A DNA stretch of 64,000 nt, taken from Scenedesmus sp. PABB004 (Eukaryota). Where the stretch lies: NCBI GenBank assembly GCA_014905635.1, contig CM026548.1:1488001-1552000 (forward strand), in the 5' to 3' direction. The notes below the pieces were generated by a model that was not told the origin of the DNA, searched no databases, and was given only the letters and a program-made list of their open reading frames with translations. Made by a program: the position numbers and the translations under genes. This document shows positions 1 to 13,600 of the stretch, in pieces. The first letter of the stretch is position 1. Every line of letters starts with the position of its first letter.

Positions 1-7
1 CTTGCAG

Positions 8-820
8 GGCCGGCTGCTTGCGGGGCTCAGCGCCGGCTTCAACTCGGTCAACATTGCGGTCAACTCGGTCAACACCGTGCTGAGCGGCGCGGTGCCGCTG
101 CCCGTGCCCTCGCTGCCCATGAGCGGCTCCGTCGACGTCAACGCCGCCACCCGCGACGGTGCAGGCGGGGCCTGCGCCCCCTTCCCTCCCCGCATCGGCA
201 GCGGCGTGCCACGCACGACGCACGCGCGCACCGCATGCGCTGACCCCCCCCCCCCCCCTGGCGCCGCCGCCAGGCGAGACTCCCCTCATGGCTGCGGTGC
301 TGGCGGGGCGCCCGGGCGCGCTCGGCCCGCTGCTGGATGCGGGCGCAGACGCGCTGCGCATGGACAATGTCGGCCGGACCGCGCTGCACCACGCCGCGTG
401 GGCGGGCGACGCCGCGAGCGCGCGCGCGCTGCTGGCGCACGCGGAGGAGCGCGGGACGCTGGCGCGGCTCGTCGAGGCGACGACCGGCACGGGGCTCACG
501 CCGCTGCACCACGCCGCTTGGCGCGGCCACGCAGACCTGGTCAAGCTGCTGGTGCGCTGCCGGCGCCGCGGGCCTCACCGTCCCCTTCGCATCACCCTCC
601 CTCTCCCTCTCCCTCTCCCTCAGCAGGCCTGCCCGCCGCCCCGCGCGGCCGCGCAGGTCAACGCGGGCGCGCCTCTGGCCGCGGCGTCGACGCTCGACAC
701 CATGGGTGAGGTCGCGGCCAACGGGGGCAGCACGCCGCTGCACCTCGCCGCGATGAGGGGCGAGGTGGGCGTGGCGTGGCTGCTGCTGCGCGCGAATGCA
801 AAGCTCATGGCCCTGGCGGC

Positions 821-859
<39 letters not shown>

Positions 860-1930
860 GGCCCTGGCGGACGCGCGCGGGTGCGCCGGCGACCTGCGGC
901 GGCTGCCCGACCGATACAACAAGACGCCCGCCACACTCGCCTGGGATATGCAGCGGTGCGCCGCGGTCGCGCGCGGCAGCGCGGCCGGCGCGACTCCGCT
1001 GGGGCGGCGCGCGGCGCAGGGGGCAGGCAGCGCCCCGCTCACGCCCACCCGCCCGCCGCGGGCGCGGCCGGGCGCCGCGCAGCTCCGACCTGGGCCTCGT
1101 CCTGGACCCAGCCACGCCGCTGGAGCAGGCCATCGAGCTGGCCGGCAGTGCTGCGAAGAGGGCGCGGCATGCGGACAAGGCGGGCGGCCTGCGCCGCAGC
1201 GGCAGCAGCCGGCGGCGCACGCCCGGCGACGCGGCGGCGGACGCGGGCCCCGCCACGCCGGCGACCGCCGGGCGGCAGGCGGGCGGCGGCAGCGAGGGCA
1301 CAGCGGCCGACCTGGCGCGCCTGGCGCTGGGCAGGACCGGCAGCGCGCGGGGCCACGGCGCCGCCGCCGCCGGCGGCGGCGCTGGCAGCCCCGGCGCTGG
1401 CAGCCCCGGCGCTGGCAGCCCCGGCGCTGGCGCCATCTACCTGCCACCGCCCCGCCCGCGCGCCGGGCGCGGCGCGGCGAGCGCCGACGGCGCCGCGCCC
1501 CAGCCCGACGCGGGCGCGGACGAGTTTGGCAGCTTTGCGAGCGCGCCTGCGCCCGCGCCTGCCGTGCCCTTGCCCGCGCCGCCCGCGGGCGCCGGCGGCG
1601 GGTCGGAGCCGCCGCAGGGCCTCGTGTGCCCAATCACGGGCGAGGTGTTCCGGGACCCCGTGCGCGCGAGCAACGGCGCCGCGTACGAGCGCGATGCGAT
1701 TGAGGTGCGGCGGCGCGCGCTGGTCGACGGCGGCAGCGGCGCGCGCTGGTCAACGGCGGCGTCCCGTTACCCAGCGCCCGCCGCCGCGCCGTCGCCCGCA
1801 GACGTGGTTCGCGCTGGGCAACAGCCAGTTCCCGGGCGGCCGCGGGCACATCGAGCACGAGCGCCTGGCGCCCGCCGACGACGTGCGCGCCGCGGCTGCC
1901 GAGTGGCGCGCCGCCGCCGCCGGGCGCTGA
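8..1930 (+). CDS. Ankyrin-repeat protein with C-terminal U-box (E3 ligase-like); 5' end outside window, spliced
   Basis: Ankyrin motifs GETPLMAAV, GRTALHHAA, GLTPLHHAA, GSTPLHLAA. U-box PQGLVCPITGEVFRDPVRASNGAAYERDAIE|TWF. GT-AG introns; stop TGA 1928-1930. Confidence 0.85.
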
Positions 1931-2341
1931 GGAGCGGCGGCGCACAAGAGGAGAGAGCAGGGGGGTGGGCTGGGCGTCTAGATAGGCCTGTGCATAGCTG
2001 TACAGCGTGCGGCGCGGCGGCCCGAGTGACGTGACGGAGCTGAGCGAACGCGGCGGCCGGCGCGCCCGGCGGCGCCGCGGGCGGGGTGCGTGCACTCGCC
2101 CAAGCTGGTGTGTGCCGCCGGACGCTGTGCTGGCGTCGTCCGCGCGCCCGGCCCCAACCACCGCGCTGCGAGCAGCTCCCCGGCTTGCGTGCTGCCCGAC
2201 GCGCCTCCGCAGCAGCTCGGGCCAACCACCAATTGCCAGGCCAGCCCGTCCGCGGCCCGCCGCGGCACGCCGGCCCCCCGGCGCGACGGCAGCAGCAGCG
2301 GCGGGCGGCTCGGCCCCGCCGGCCGGGCGCGCGCCCCGGCC

Positions 2342-4590
2342 ATGGCTCCCTCGGACCTGGTACAGGTGGCGGTGCTGCTCCTGAGCGCGCTGGCGCTGGC
2401 GAACGCGCAGCAGGCGTGCCCGGCGACGTATTCCAGCGGCGGCAAGCCGCTGCTGTTCGGCGGCGTGAGCCAGCGATGCACCAGCGGCTGCCAGAGCCGG
2501 GGGGACGACTGGTGCGCAGCCTCCAAGGCGCTGGCACGCCGCCGGCGCCGCCACGCGTGCCGCCGCCCGGCCGGCACCCGCCGACCCGCGCTGGCGGCCC
2601 GCCGTCGCGCCCGCCGCTCCGCCGCACAGGGGCAAGATCTGTGCGCTGGACCCCTCCTCCAGCGTGTGGGGCGTCTGCACCCCGCAGCAGGCGGCCAACG
2701 CGTTTGGTGAGCGGCCACGGCCAGCGCTGGCACGCGGCGCGGCAGGGGCGCGCGAGCTCACGCCGCGCGGCCGCGCCGCAGAGCTGGCCAAGACGCTGGG
2801 CCGCGGCTCCATCCTGGAGATGTCGCCCTGCGACCTGCTGCCGCACCTGCGCGGCCGCACGCTCTGGCTGCTCGGGTGAGCGGTTGGCGGGCGCGGGCGC
2901 GCGGGGGCCGCGGCCGCGCGGTGGACGCTGACCGCCGCGCCGCCGGCGCCGCCCTCGTTGCCCGACGCGCATTCAACAACGCAGCGACAGCCACAGCAAG
3001 ACGCTGTACCGCGCGCTGCAGTGCTTCCTGCAAGACTTTTGGTGCGCCGGCGGGCAGGGAGCCGGCCGCAGCGCAGCAGCCTGCGGTGTGCGAGCGCGGG
3101 GGCCGAGCTCCCGCCGGCGCCGCCGCGCCCGCCGCCGCCGGCGCAGGAACCATGGCGAGTGCCAGGTCAGCAGCAGCGCGGCGGACATGGCCGACCTGCT
3201 GCGCCTGCCCGCGGCGGACGGCATCAGCAACTGCTTCCACCTGCTCGGCCCCGGCGGCGGCCGCGTGTGCATGGTGCACGTGGTGCTCGCCACGAGCCTG
3301 CTCAACAACTCCCAGGTGCGCGGCGGGCGCGCCCGCCCGCGCGCCGCCGCGCCCCGGCCGGCGCGGCGGCCCACGACCGGCCGCCGCCACGCGCAGGTGG
3401 CCGAGGGCGGCCTGCTGCCGCTGCTACGCGCGCGCTTTGCGGCGCCGGAGGACATCTTTTTTGTGAGCGTCGGCGCGTGGCACCGCAAGACGGCCGAGTG
3501 GGGCACCGCGTACGCGCCGGCGCTGGAGGCGCTGGGGGCGTACTACCAGGTTGGTGGCTCGCCGGGCGGCAGGTGGCGGGGCGGGCGGCGGGGGCGGCGC
3601 TCTGGGCTGGCGGCGCGCGGCCAGCGCGGCCGCGGGCGTCTGCTGAGCCGCGGCCGCGGCCGCCGCGGCACCCGCCAGGCGACGCGAGCGCAGTGGCCGC
3701 ACCTCCTGTTCAGGGAGACGCCCGCCATCCACCCCATGGACCTGCCTCGCAACGTCTGCACCCCGCTCGAGGGTGACGCGCGGCGGCGCCGCCGCCGCCG
3801 CGGATCTCCTGCCACTGCCGCCGCCCGCCGGCGCCCACCCGTGCCCGCGCCGCTCTTTGCTGCATCCCGCCGCCGCCGCGCGGCAGGCTATGCATACCAG
3901 GCGGACAGCGGCGGCCTCACCGTGTCGGCGTCGTCCCCCGCTGCGACGGCGGCCGCGCAGTGGGGCAACGGCCTCAGCCTCAACCGCATCGCCCGCGACG
4001 TGCTGCACAAGTGAGCGAGGGAGGGCGGGCCTGGCCGCGCAGCCTGCCTGCGGCCGCGCCCGCCCACCGGCCCGCCTGCCGCCGCGCGCGCCGGCCCGCC
4101 ACACACACGCGGCTCGCCGCGCGCGCGGCGCAGGTACGGCGTGCCGGTCGTCGCGGCGTTCAACATGAGCGCGCCGCTTGTGGACAACCACATCGGCATG
4201 CGCCTCAGCCCAGCGCTCGACTGCCTGCACTACTGGTGCGCGGCGCCGCGAGCGACCAAACGCGCGACCGCGCCCCCACTCCGAGCGCGGGAGCGCGGCG
4301 CGCGCCCCGCCAGCTTGCCCTCACGCTGCGCCGCGCGCTGCGCACCGCGCCGCCCCGCCAGCTCGCCGGGCATGCCCGAGACCTGGATCTGGGGGCTCTA
4401 CCGCGCCCTGGAGGCGCAAGCGGGCAAGGCCGAGGCCGCGCGCGCGCCCCGCGCGGCCGCCGCGGCCGCCGCGGCGCGCACGCCCGCGCGCGGCCTGCTC
4501 GGCGCCGCGGCCGGCGCCTCCGCGGCCGGCGCGCACGCCGCGGCGCAGGCGGGGCAGTACCAGTGCACGCCCAGCACCATTCGCTTCTGA
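2342..4590 (+). CDS. Secreted SGNH/PC-esterase (trichome-birefringence-like) acyl-esterase/transferase, multi-exon
   Basis: Signal peptide MAPSDLVQVAVLLLSALALANA. LRGRTLWLLG|DSH (GDS motif across an intron), FRETPAIH, and DCLHYC-SPGMPETW (DxxH motif). Confidence 0.8.
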
Positions 4591-5249
4591 GCCGAGCCCT
4601 TGCCCTGCCGCGCCGCGCCGCGCGCCCTGACCGCGCGCGGGCGCGCGCGGCGGTCGGGCGCCGCCATCGACCCGGGAGCGCGGTCGCGCATCTCGCGCCC
4701 GCGAGCAGCGAATAAAGGCGCGAGGGCTGAGAGGCCCCTGGGCCGCGCGCCGAGGTCGCAGCTGTGCCGTTGCAGGGCGGGCGGCCGCGCGGTGTGCCGC
4801 CGCCCCACCCCACTGAGTTGCATCGCGCCTATGCGGCACGAATAAGCGCCCCGCACTGCCTCTGGGCGTCGAAGTCACCTCAAGAACGAACGAACGCGCC
4901 ACCCGCCGCACGGGCGCCGCCGAGGCACCGCTGTGCGCGCGCAGGCGCCACCCGCGGCGATCGCGGCAGGCGGCGAGCGAGCCCCCTCTGTGCAACACTG
5001 TGCAAGCACGCCAGCTACGCCGCCGCCGCGGCGAGCCGCGGGGAGCGGCGCGGGCAGCGGGCAGCGGCGCCACGCAGTGACGCCGCTGCGCGCAAAGCCC
5101 TGCAGCAGCGCACCGCGCCGCCTGTGCGGCGTCCTGCGTTCACCACACCTCGAGGCGTGCTTTCCACCCGTAGGCAGGGCGCACGCGCGTAGGGAAGGAT
5201 GGGCACCCGCCCAGGCTCGAACGAAATGCCGTGTTGAGGGCTCGTCGCC

Positions 5250-8200
5250 ATGAGACGACGAGCGCGTCTGCTGCCTTCCTGGGCGGTGGGGCTGGCGGTA
5301 CTGGCGGGCCTCTGCTGCTGCGCCAGCGCCAACTCGCTGCAGACGGTGCGCAGCGAGGCCGCTACGCGCCGCGCGCGGCGCGCCGGCGCGATGGCAAAGG
5401 CGCGGCGATCGTGAAACGCGTGCGCAAGCTCGCAAGCTGGCTGCCGGGAGGGCGCGAGCGGGCCGGGGGAGCAGCAGCAGCAGCGCTCGAGCTTCCCCCG
5501 GCCGCGCCGGGCCGCCTGGCAGCGCACCGAGGCCGGCCTTCTGACGCCCTTGGCGCGCGCGGCGTTCTGGACGGCGGCCTTGCGGACGGCGGCCGCGGCG
5601 GCCGCGGCCGCTGGTGACGCCGCTGCTGCTGCCGCCCCCGCCCGCGCCGCGCCGCGCCGCGCCGCGCCCGCAGCTCGCGGCGAAGCAGTACCCCGGGCAC
5701 ACGCTCGTCCAGGTGACGCCGACGCGCACCGGCGCGCTCCAGGCCGCGCTGGCCGCGGCGCGCGGCCGGGAAAAGGGCGGCGGGCTGCTCGTCGTGCTGC
5801 TCGGCGGCGGCGGCGGTCAGCTGGTGGTGGACCGGCCGCTGGTGCTGGAGGGACCGCAGCGCCTCGTGCTGGCGACGCCGGCGGCGCTGGCGGCCGCGGC
5901 CGGCGACGCCGGCGGGCTGGCGGAGCCGGTGCCGCCGGCGGAGCTGCTGCGCGTGCGGTGCGGGCCGTCGCGCAGCGGCAGCTTCATTGAAGCACGGTGA
6001 GCACGCTCGGCACGCCCTCCCTGGCTGCCCCCCTGGCGCAGCGGCGCCGGCAGCGGCGGCAGCGCGGGCGGGACCGCGCTGCCGGCCACGTGCGCGCCGA
6101 CGCCGCCCCACCGCCGGGGCCGCGTCCGCCGCGTGCCGCGGTGCAGGGGCGTCGCGTCGCTCGAGCTGCTGGGGCTGGCGGTGCAGGACTGCAGCGGCTC
6201 GGGTGTGGTCGTGCGGGGCGCCGACCGGCTCGCGCTGTCCAACGTCGCGTTTGCGCGGAACAACATCGAGCAGCGCGGGCTGCACGGCGGCGGGCTGCAG
6301 GCGCACAGCATCAAGCAGGTGCGCTGGCAGCGCGCGCCGCCGCGGAGCGTGCACCCAGCAGCGCGCCCGCGCGCCGCCGCCGCCCATCGCCCGCCGACGC
6401 TCGCGCACCGCGTGCCGCAGCTCGTGCTCCGCCGCGTGAGCTGCGCCCGCAACTTTGCGCTCACGCGCGGCGGCTGCATCTACGCTGACGGCGTCGGCAG
6501 CGCCGAGCTCTCCCACAGCGCCTTCACTGCCAACTCGGTGCGGCGCGGCGGGCAGTCAGCGGCGGGCGAAGGCTTGCCAGCCTGCTACGTCACTGCGCGC
6601 GAGGCCGCCGCAGCGCCGCCGCAGCGCGCTCACCGCGCTCGCCGGTTGTCCCCACCGCAGCGCGACGACGACTACGACTCTGGCAGCGGCGGCGCGGTGC
6701 ACTTCAGCTCCGCGTCGTCGGTGCGCGTGTCGCGCTGTGCGTTTGCCGACAACTGGAGCCGCGGCACGGGCAGCGCCGGCGGGGGCCTGTTTGTCGGCAA
6801 CAGCGCCGCGCTGGACGTCGCAGACTGCACCTTCCGCAACAACAGCGCCTCCGCGCAGGCGCGCCCCGCCGCACGCCGCCGCCGCGCCCCGCCGCGCCCC
6901 GCGCCCCACCGCCGCGCCGCGCCCGCCCGCGCGGGCACAGCGCCCCCCCCCCTCCCCGGCCGCGCGCCACGCCCTGCGGCGCCTTTGCCGAGCCGCCGCG
7001 CCGTGCCGCGCCGCCGGCCCGACGCTCGCAGGGCGGCGGCCTGGCGGCGCTGGACGTCGGCGCGGTGGCGGTCCGGCGCTGCAACTTCACCTCCAACGGC
7101 CCGCTGCCGCCGGCGCCGGGCGCGGCCCCCGGCGAGGCGGGCGAGAACCCGGAGCAGGGCGGCGCGCTGGCGCTGATAGGGAACATGAAGAACGATGACT
7201 ACGCGGTCAACGCGACAGTAACGCACTGCAGGCGCGCGGCGCGGCGCGGCGCCGCCACGGGCCGCCGCCGCCGCGGCCGCGCGCCGCGGCGCCGTGGCAC
7301 GTGGGCGGCGGCGCCCCGTCCCTGAGCGCGCCGCCGCCGCCGCATTGTCGCCGCCCAGGTTTGAGGGCAACACGGGCGAGTCGGGCGGGGCCATGTCGGT
7401 CAACCAGTGGGGCAAGGGCCCGTGCCGCCTGGAGCTGACCGACTCGGTCTTCGTTGCCAACTCGGTGCGCTGCCCCCGCGCCGCCCCCGTGCCGCCGCCC
7501 GTCGCCGCCGCGCCCCGCCCAGGAAGCCGGCCCGCCGCCGACGCGGCCCCGCGCACGCGCCCGCGCGCCGCAGGGCCCGTCCGAGGCGGGGGCGCTGTAC
7601 TTCAACGAAAACTTTGCCTGCACCATGGCCCTTGCGCGCTGCACCTTTACGGCCAACACGGGGCAGTACGGCGGCGCCGTGTCGGCGTACGACATCGAGG
7701 CACACGTCACAGACTGCACCTTTACCGCCAACGAGGTGCAGCGCCGAGACCGGCGCCGCGCCGGGCGCCGCCGAGCTCGGCGCCGCGCGCCGGGCCAGGC
7801 GCCGACGTGCCGCACCGCCGCCGCGCCGCCACCGCCGCCGCCAGGCGACGTCGGACGGCGGCGCGGTGCAGGTGCAGACCAACAACGCGGCGGGCACGGG
7901 CAACGCGCTGCGCTTTGACAACTGCACCTTCACGGACAACACCTCGCTCGAGGGCCTCGGCGGCGCCGTCGCGGTGGACTCGCAGGGACTGGCCATGACA
8001 GACTGCACAGCCACAAACAACTCGGTGCGCGCGCTGACCCGCGCCCGCGCCGTTGCCACGCAGCAGCCGCCGCCCCCACTGGCGCCCACGCTGGCGCGGC
8101 CGCGGCGCGCCGCGCGCCGACGCGGGCCCGCCCCCTGCCACGCCGCGCCGCCCCTGATGCGCCAGGCCGCGCTCGGCGGCGGCGGCGTGTCGGTCATCTC

Positions 8201-10583
8201 TGGCACGGACGTCAGCCTCGCGCGCGTGGTGCTGGCCGACAACGCTGCGCGGCTGCGCGCGGGCGGGCTGGCCATCTACCAGGCCGACCGCGTGGCGCTG
8301 ACCAACGTCACGCTTGCACGCAACACGGTGGGGTGTAGGGTTCAGAGTTTAGGGTTCAGGAGGGGCCGGGGCCGCCCCGCGGCGGGGGAGGGGAGCAAGG
8401 CAACAGCCTTGCTACGCCCGCCCGCCCGCCCGCCCGCTCGCCCGCCTGGCCGCACGCCCAGCCCGCGCCGCGCCGCGCCGCGCCGCCGCAGGGCTTTGAG
8501 GGCGGCGGCCTCATGCTCGTGCAGGTCGGGTCGGCGGCGCTGGCGGGGCTGGTGCTGGCCAACAACTCCGCGGGCGCCACCGGCGGCGGCGCGCTGGTGC
8601 AGCAGACGGACGTGCTGACCTGGCGCGACAGCGCGCTGACCGGCAACGCCGCGCCCCTGGGCGGCGGGCTGGTGCTGGACACGAGCAACGCGACGCTGGA
8701 GGGCCTGACCATCACGCACAACACCGCCGGCGCGCTCCACGGCGGCGGCACGGTGAGCGCGCGCCGAGCCGCGCCGCCGAGCGCGCGGCGAGCTGCCGCC
8801 GCCGAGCCGCCGCTGAGCCGCCACCGCCCCCCCCCCCCTCCCGATGTCGCGCCAGGCGGCGGGTGGTGGCGGCGGTGCGCGGTCGGCGTTTGCGGTGACC
8901 TCCATCGGTGCGCTCATGTACCAGCCCGGCAGCGCCGGCGGCGCGCTGGTGCAGCGCACGGCGCTGTCGCTGTCGCGCTGCGCGCTGGGCTCCAACGCCG
9001 CGGCCGTGGACGCGGGCGGGCTGCTCGTGGTCTCGCCGGTGTCGCTGTCGCTGACGGACGCTGACTTCACGAGCAACACCGCGCGCGGCGGCGGCGGCGG
9101 CGGCCTCGTCGTGCGCGGCGTCGGCGGCGGTGCGCCCGTGGCCGGGGTGCTCGCGCGGTGCGCGTTTTCGCGCAACGCCGCGCGCGCCGGCAGCGGCGGC
9201 GGCGCGCTGCTCGACTCGAGCCTTGGCGGGCTGGCGGTGGTCGCGGAGGCGTGCCGCTTTGAGGGCAACGCCGCGTCCGGCAGCGGCGGCGGCCTCGCGG
9301 CGGCCGGCCCGACCGAGCTCGAGTGCCGCAACTGCACCGCCGCCGGCAACACCGCCGGCGGCAGCGGCGGCTGGCTCGCGTGCTCGGGCTGCGCGTCGGC
9401 GCGCGTCGCCGACGGCGCCGCGACCGCCAACAGCGCGGCGAGCGCCGGCGGCGGGCTGTCGTGCGAGGGCTGCGCAGCGCTGGAGGTGCGCGGCGCGGCG
9501 TTTGCGCGCAACGCCGCCGGCGCGGGCGGCGGCCTCGCGGCGCAGGCGCCCGGCGCGGTCGCGATCTCGGGGTGCCGCTTCGAGGCCAACTCGGCGCTCC
9601 CCGGCGCGGCCGCGGCCGCGGCGGCCGCGGCGGGCGCGCCGGACGCGGCCGCGCCGCTGCCGGCCGCGCTGCGGCGCATGGCCGCGCTGCCGGCGGGCTG
9701 GCAGACCCTGTACGGCTCCAGCGCCGCCGCGCTGAGCGGCAGCTGCGGCGTGGGCGGCTCGGGCGGTGGGCTGTGCATCGGGCGCGCCGGCGGCGCGGAG
9801 CTGACCGACAACGCGCTCTCCAACAACAGCGCCAGCACCGGCGGCGCCGTCTATGCGAGCGCCGCGCCGGGCTGCGACGGCGCCGGCGCGGGGCCGTGGC
9901 TGCGCACGTGGGCGGCGGCGCACGACGGCGCCGCGCCCGCCGACGGCGCGGGCGGCAGCTGCGTGCTGCGCATGGCCAACCTCAGCGCGGCCGGCAACAG
10001 GGCCAGCGAGGCCGGCGGCGCGCTCTACACGAGCACGCCGGCCGCCATCGCCCTCAGCGACGGCGGCGGCGACGGCGGCGGCCCGGGCGACGGCGCGCCC
10101 GGCGCGCCGGCGCCGGGCAGCGCCGGCTGGGCGGCGCTGCAGGGCGCGCGGCAGCGCGCGCTGCTGGCGCACCTCGCCGCCGACAATGCGGTCGACGGCG
10201 GCGGCTACGGCGCGGGCGCGGCGTCCTACCCCGCGGCCCTCAGCCTCATGGCGCCGCAGGAGCTCACCGACGACGCGGCGGCGGCCGAGGCGGGCCGCGC
10301 GCGGCGCGGCCGCGCGCTGCTGGCGCAGCGGCGCGCCGCGGCGGGGGCGCCCGCGCGGCGGCTGGCGGCGGCGCCGGCGCCGGGCGGCGCGCCGCGCGGC
10401 GGCCGCCGGCTGCGCGCCGTGCCCGACCTGCCGAGCGACGGCGGCGGCGGCCTGGCCAAGAGCTTTGGCGAGGCGCTGGACCAGCTCAGCAACGTGGGCA
10501 ACCTCGCCGGCCGCGTGACGTCGGCGGAGGACCGCGCGGCAAACCAAGGTGCGACCACGCCGCCCGCGCCCTCTCCGCGCCGT

Positions 10584-10641
<58 letters not shown>

Positions 10642-13600
10642 GCGGCGCGCGACGCCGCGCCCCCCGCCTGCGTCGCCGCCGCAGGCATGGCGCTCGCGCC
10701 GACCTGCCCCGCGCTCGGCGCGACGGTCACGGGCGCGTCGTCGCTGGCGGTGGACAACAGCCAGATCTTCAGCCTCCCCATCCACGTGCTGGACGCCTTT
10801 GGCATGCAGGTCTCACGCGGCCCCGGCAGCGGGTGGCTCATCACGCTGCACCCGCACGACGCCACGCGCCCCGGCGGCGGCGCCGGCGGCAACGCGAGCG
10901 CGGGCGGCGGCAGCCGCGCCGCGCTCGCGGGCGCGCGGCGCGTGCGCCTTGACGGCGGCGCCGCGGTGCTGACCAACCTGCTGCTGGCGCTGCCGCCCAA
11001 CACCGACACTGTGTTCTCGCTCACCGCGCAGCAGCCCGGCGGCACCGCGGGCGAGGTGCGCGGGGGTTGGCACCTGAACCCTGCCCGCGCCCGCGCGGCC
11101 CAGCTGCCCCACCGGCCGTCCACCCCTGACCTCCCTGCCCCGCGCCGCGCCGCCAGGTCCTGGCCACGCGCCTGGCGCTGCAGGTCCGGCCGTGCCTCGC
11201 GGGCCAGCAGGCGCGCTTCCGCAGCGCGGGCGCGGCCGGCGGCGGCTCCGGCGGCGGCTCCGGCGGCGGCGGCGGCGGGTCCACCACCGTGGGCGTGTGC
11301 GAGCTGTGCCCCGCGCCGTCGTTCAGCTTCAGTGCCTATGGCCTCAACCCGCCGGGCAGCCCCGGCGCGGGCGCGCTCAACCTGTCGCTGCCGGGCGAGT
11401 GCCAGGGCTGCCCGGCGCAGGGGCTCTGCGTCGCCGGCATGGCCATCCCTGCGCAGGGCGCGTGGCAGCCCCACCCGCGCAGCGCGAGCATCGCCGCCTG
11501 CCCGCACCGCTGGGCGTGCACGCGGTCGCCGGACGCGACCGCCAACCTGCAGGCGCTCGCGTGCGCGGCGCGCCAGCACCTCGACCCCGCCGCCATCGAC
11601 GCCCGGCCCTACACCGCGCTGCAGTGCAGCCGCGGCTACATCGGTGCGCGCGCGGCACGCTGCGCTGCGGCCGCGCTGCGCCGCGCCGCGCCGCGCGCCT
11701 CCTCGCCGCCACGCAGCCGTCCTGCCGCGCCGTGCCGCCTCACCCGCGCACGCCCCCCTTTCTCGTCGCCCTCCCCCCCCCCCCCCCCCGCTTGGGCACA
11801 CGCCCATTCAGGCCCCTTCTGCAGCGTCTGCTACCGCCCCGCCCGCAACGTGTGGCTCGCCGCCTGGCTCGTGGCGCAGGCGGGCGCCGCGGGCGGCACG
11901 GGGCGCGGCTACAGCGTGGTGTCGGCGCCGCCGGCGCTCGTGGCGCCGCGGCGCGACTTTGACGCGTCTGAGGTGTACGGCCGCTCCAACGGGCGCTGCG
12001 CCCGCTGCCCCCACCCCGCGTTTGCGTGGCTGCGCTTCCTCGCCGCGCGCGCGCTCGACGCTGTGCTCATCGCCGCGCTGGCGCAGCTCTGGCTCGTCCT
12101 CGGCTGGCTCGCCGCGTCGCCCGCGGCCGAGGCGCTGGACGCGCTCAAGGGCGCGCGGCACCGTGGGCTCACCGTGCGGCACAGCGTGCTCGGCCCGCGC
12201 GCCCTCGCCGCGCTGGCCAGCCTGCGCAGCCGCAGCTCGTTCGGCGGCGGCGCCGCCGCCGCCGCCGCCGCGGCGGCCAGCAGTGACAGCGTGTACGCCG
12301 TGGCGCCGCCGTCGCGCGCCGCGCTGCGGCGCGCGCGCCAGGCGGCCGCCGCCGCGGCGGTGGCGGCGGCGCGCCACAAGCCGCACGGGCCGGGCATGCG
12401 GCGCAGCAGCCTGCGCGAGGAGTGGGAGGAGGAGCGCGCGGCGCGGGCCAAGCCTGGGCACTCTGGCAGCGGCGGCAGCAGCCTCCTGAGCTTCCTCAGC
12501 CTGCGGTCGCTGCTGCCCGGCCGCAGCCGGCCCGGCGGCAGCGGCACCAGCGCCGGCAGCGACGCCCCGCGCGTGCGCAGCTGGCCGGGGCACGGCAGCT
12601 GCTCGCCGAAGGCCGGCGGCGCGCCAGCGGGCGGCTCGCCGGCGGGCGCCGCGCCCGCCTCGCCGCGCGCCGACGCCGATGCCGCCGCCGATGCAGTGGC
12701 TGTGTCCGCGCCCCAGCCGCGCAGCGGCGCGGCCAAGGCCCCTCCGGGCGGCGCGGCACGCGCCGCGCCGCCGGGGCCGCCGCAGGGCGTGCCGCGCCAG
12801 CACAGCATTGACAGCCCGGGCAGCCTGGGCAGCCTGGGCAGCCTTGGCAGCTTTGGGCGCATGCCGTCGCACCTGCTGCTGCGCGTGCAGCACGGCAGCG
12901 TGTCGCAGTCGCTGAGCGCCCTGGGGAGCGGCTTTTACGCGCTTCACGCGCCGCACAGCATGCGCTACGCGAGCGCGGTGCGGCTCGTCGCGGCGCACGC
13001 GGCCGCCGCGGTCGCCGAGAGCGGGCAGCTCGCGCGCGCAGACAGCATCCTCTTGCCGCCCCTCGACGCCGCTGACCTGGACGGCGACGCCGGCGCTGCG
13101 CTGGCGGTGGAGATGTCGGCCCTGCTGCTGATGGCGGTGCAGCACCTGGCAGCCATGGCGCAGGTGTGTGACCCGCACGCGGCGCCAGGGGCTCGGTCTG
13201 GGGGAGGGGCGGCGCGCCGCGCCGCGTCGCGCCGCGCGGGCCGGCCGGCGTCGCGCGCCCACGCCGCCACACCGCCGCGGTTGCAGGTCGCGCTGGACTC
13301 GGCCCAGCTTGCGGCGGTGCTGCTGGGCCAGGACCTGCTGCTGCTGCTGCCGGGCTGGGCCGCGACGGCGATGTCGGCGCTGCTCGTCAGCCAGGCGACG
13401 ACGTGGCAGTGGATGGCGGCGGACTGCCTCCTGCCGCGCGGCAGCGCCGCGAGCGGCGCCGTGCTGCAGGCGCTGCTGGTGCTCGTGCTGCCGCGTGAGT
13501 CGCGGGCGCCGCGCCGCGCCATAGCCGCACACCCTGGGACCGGCCGCGCCCTGCGCCCCACCGCCGCCGACCCTGTGCCGGCGGCCGCTGGCCGTCGCCT

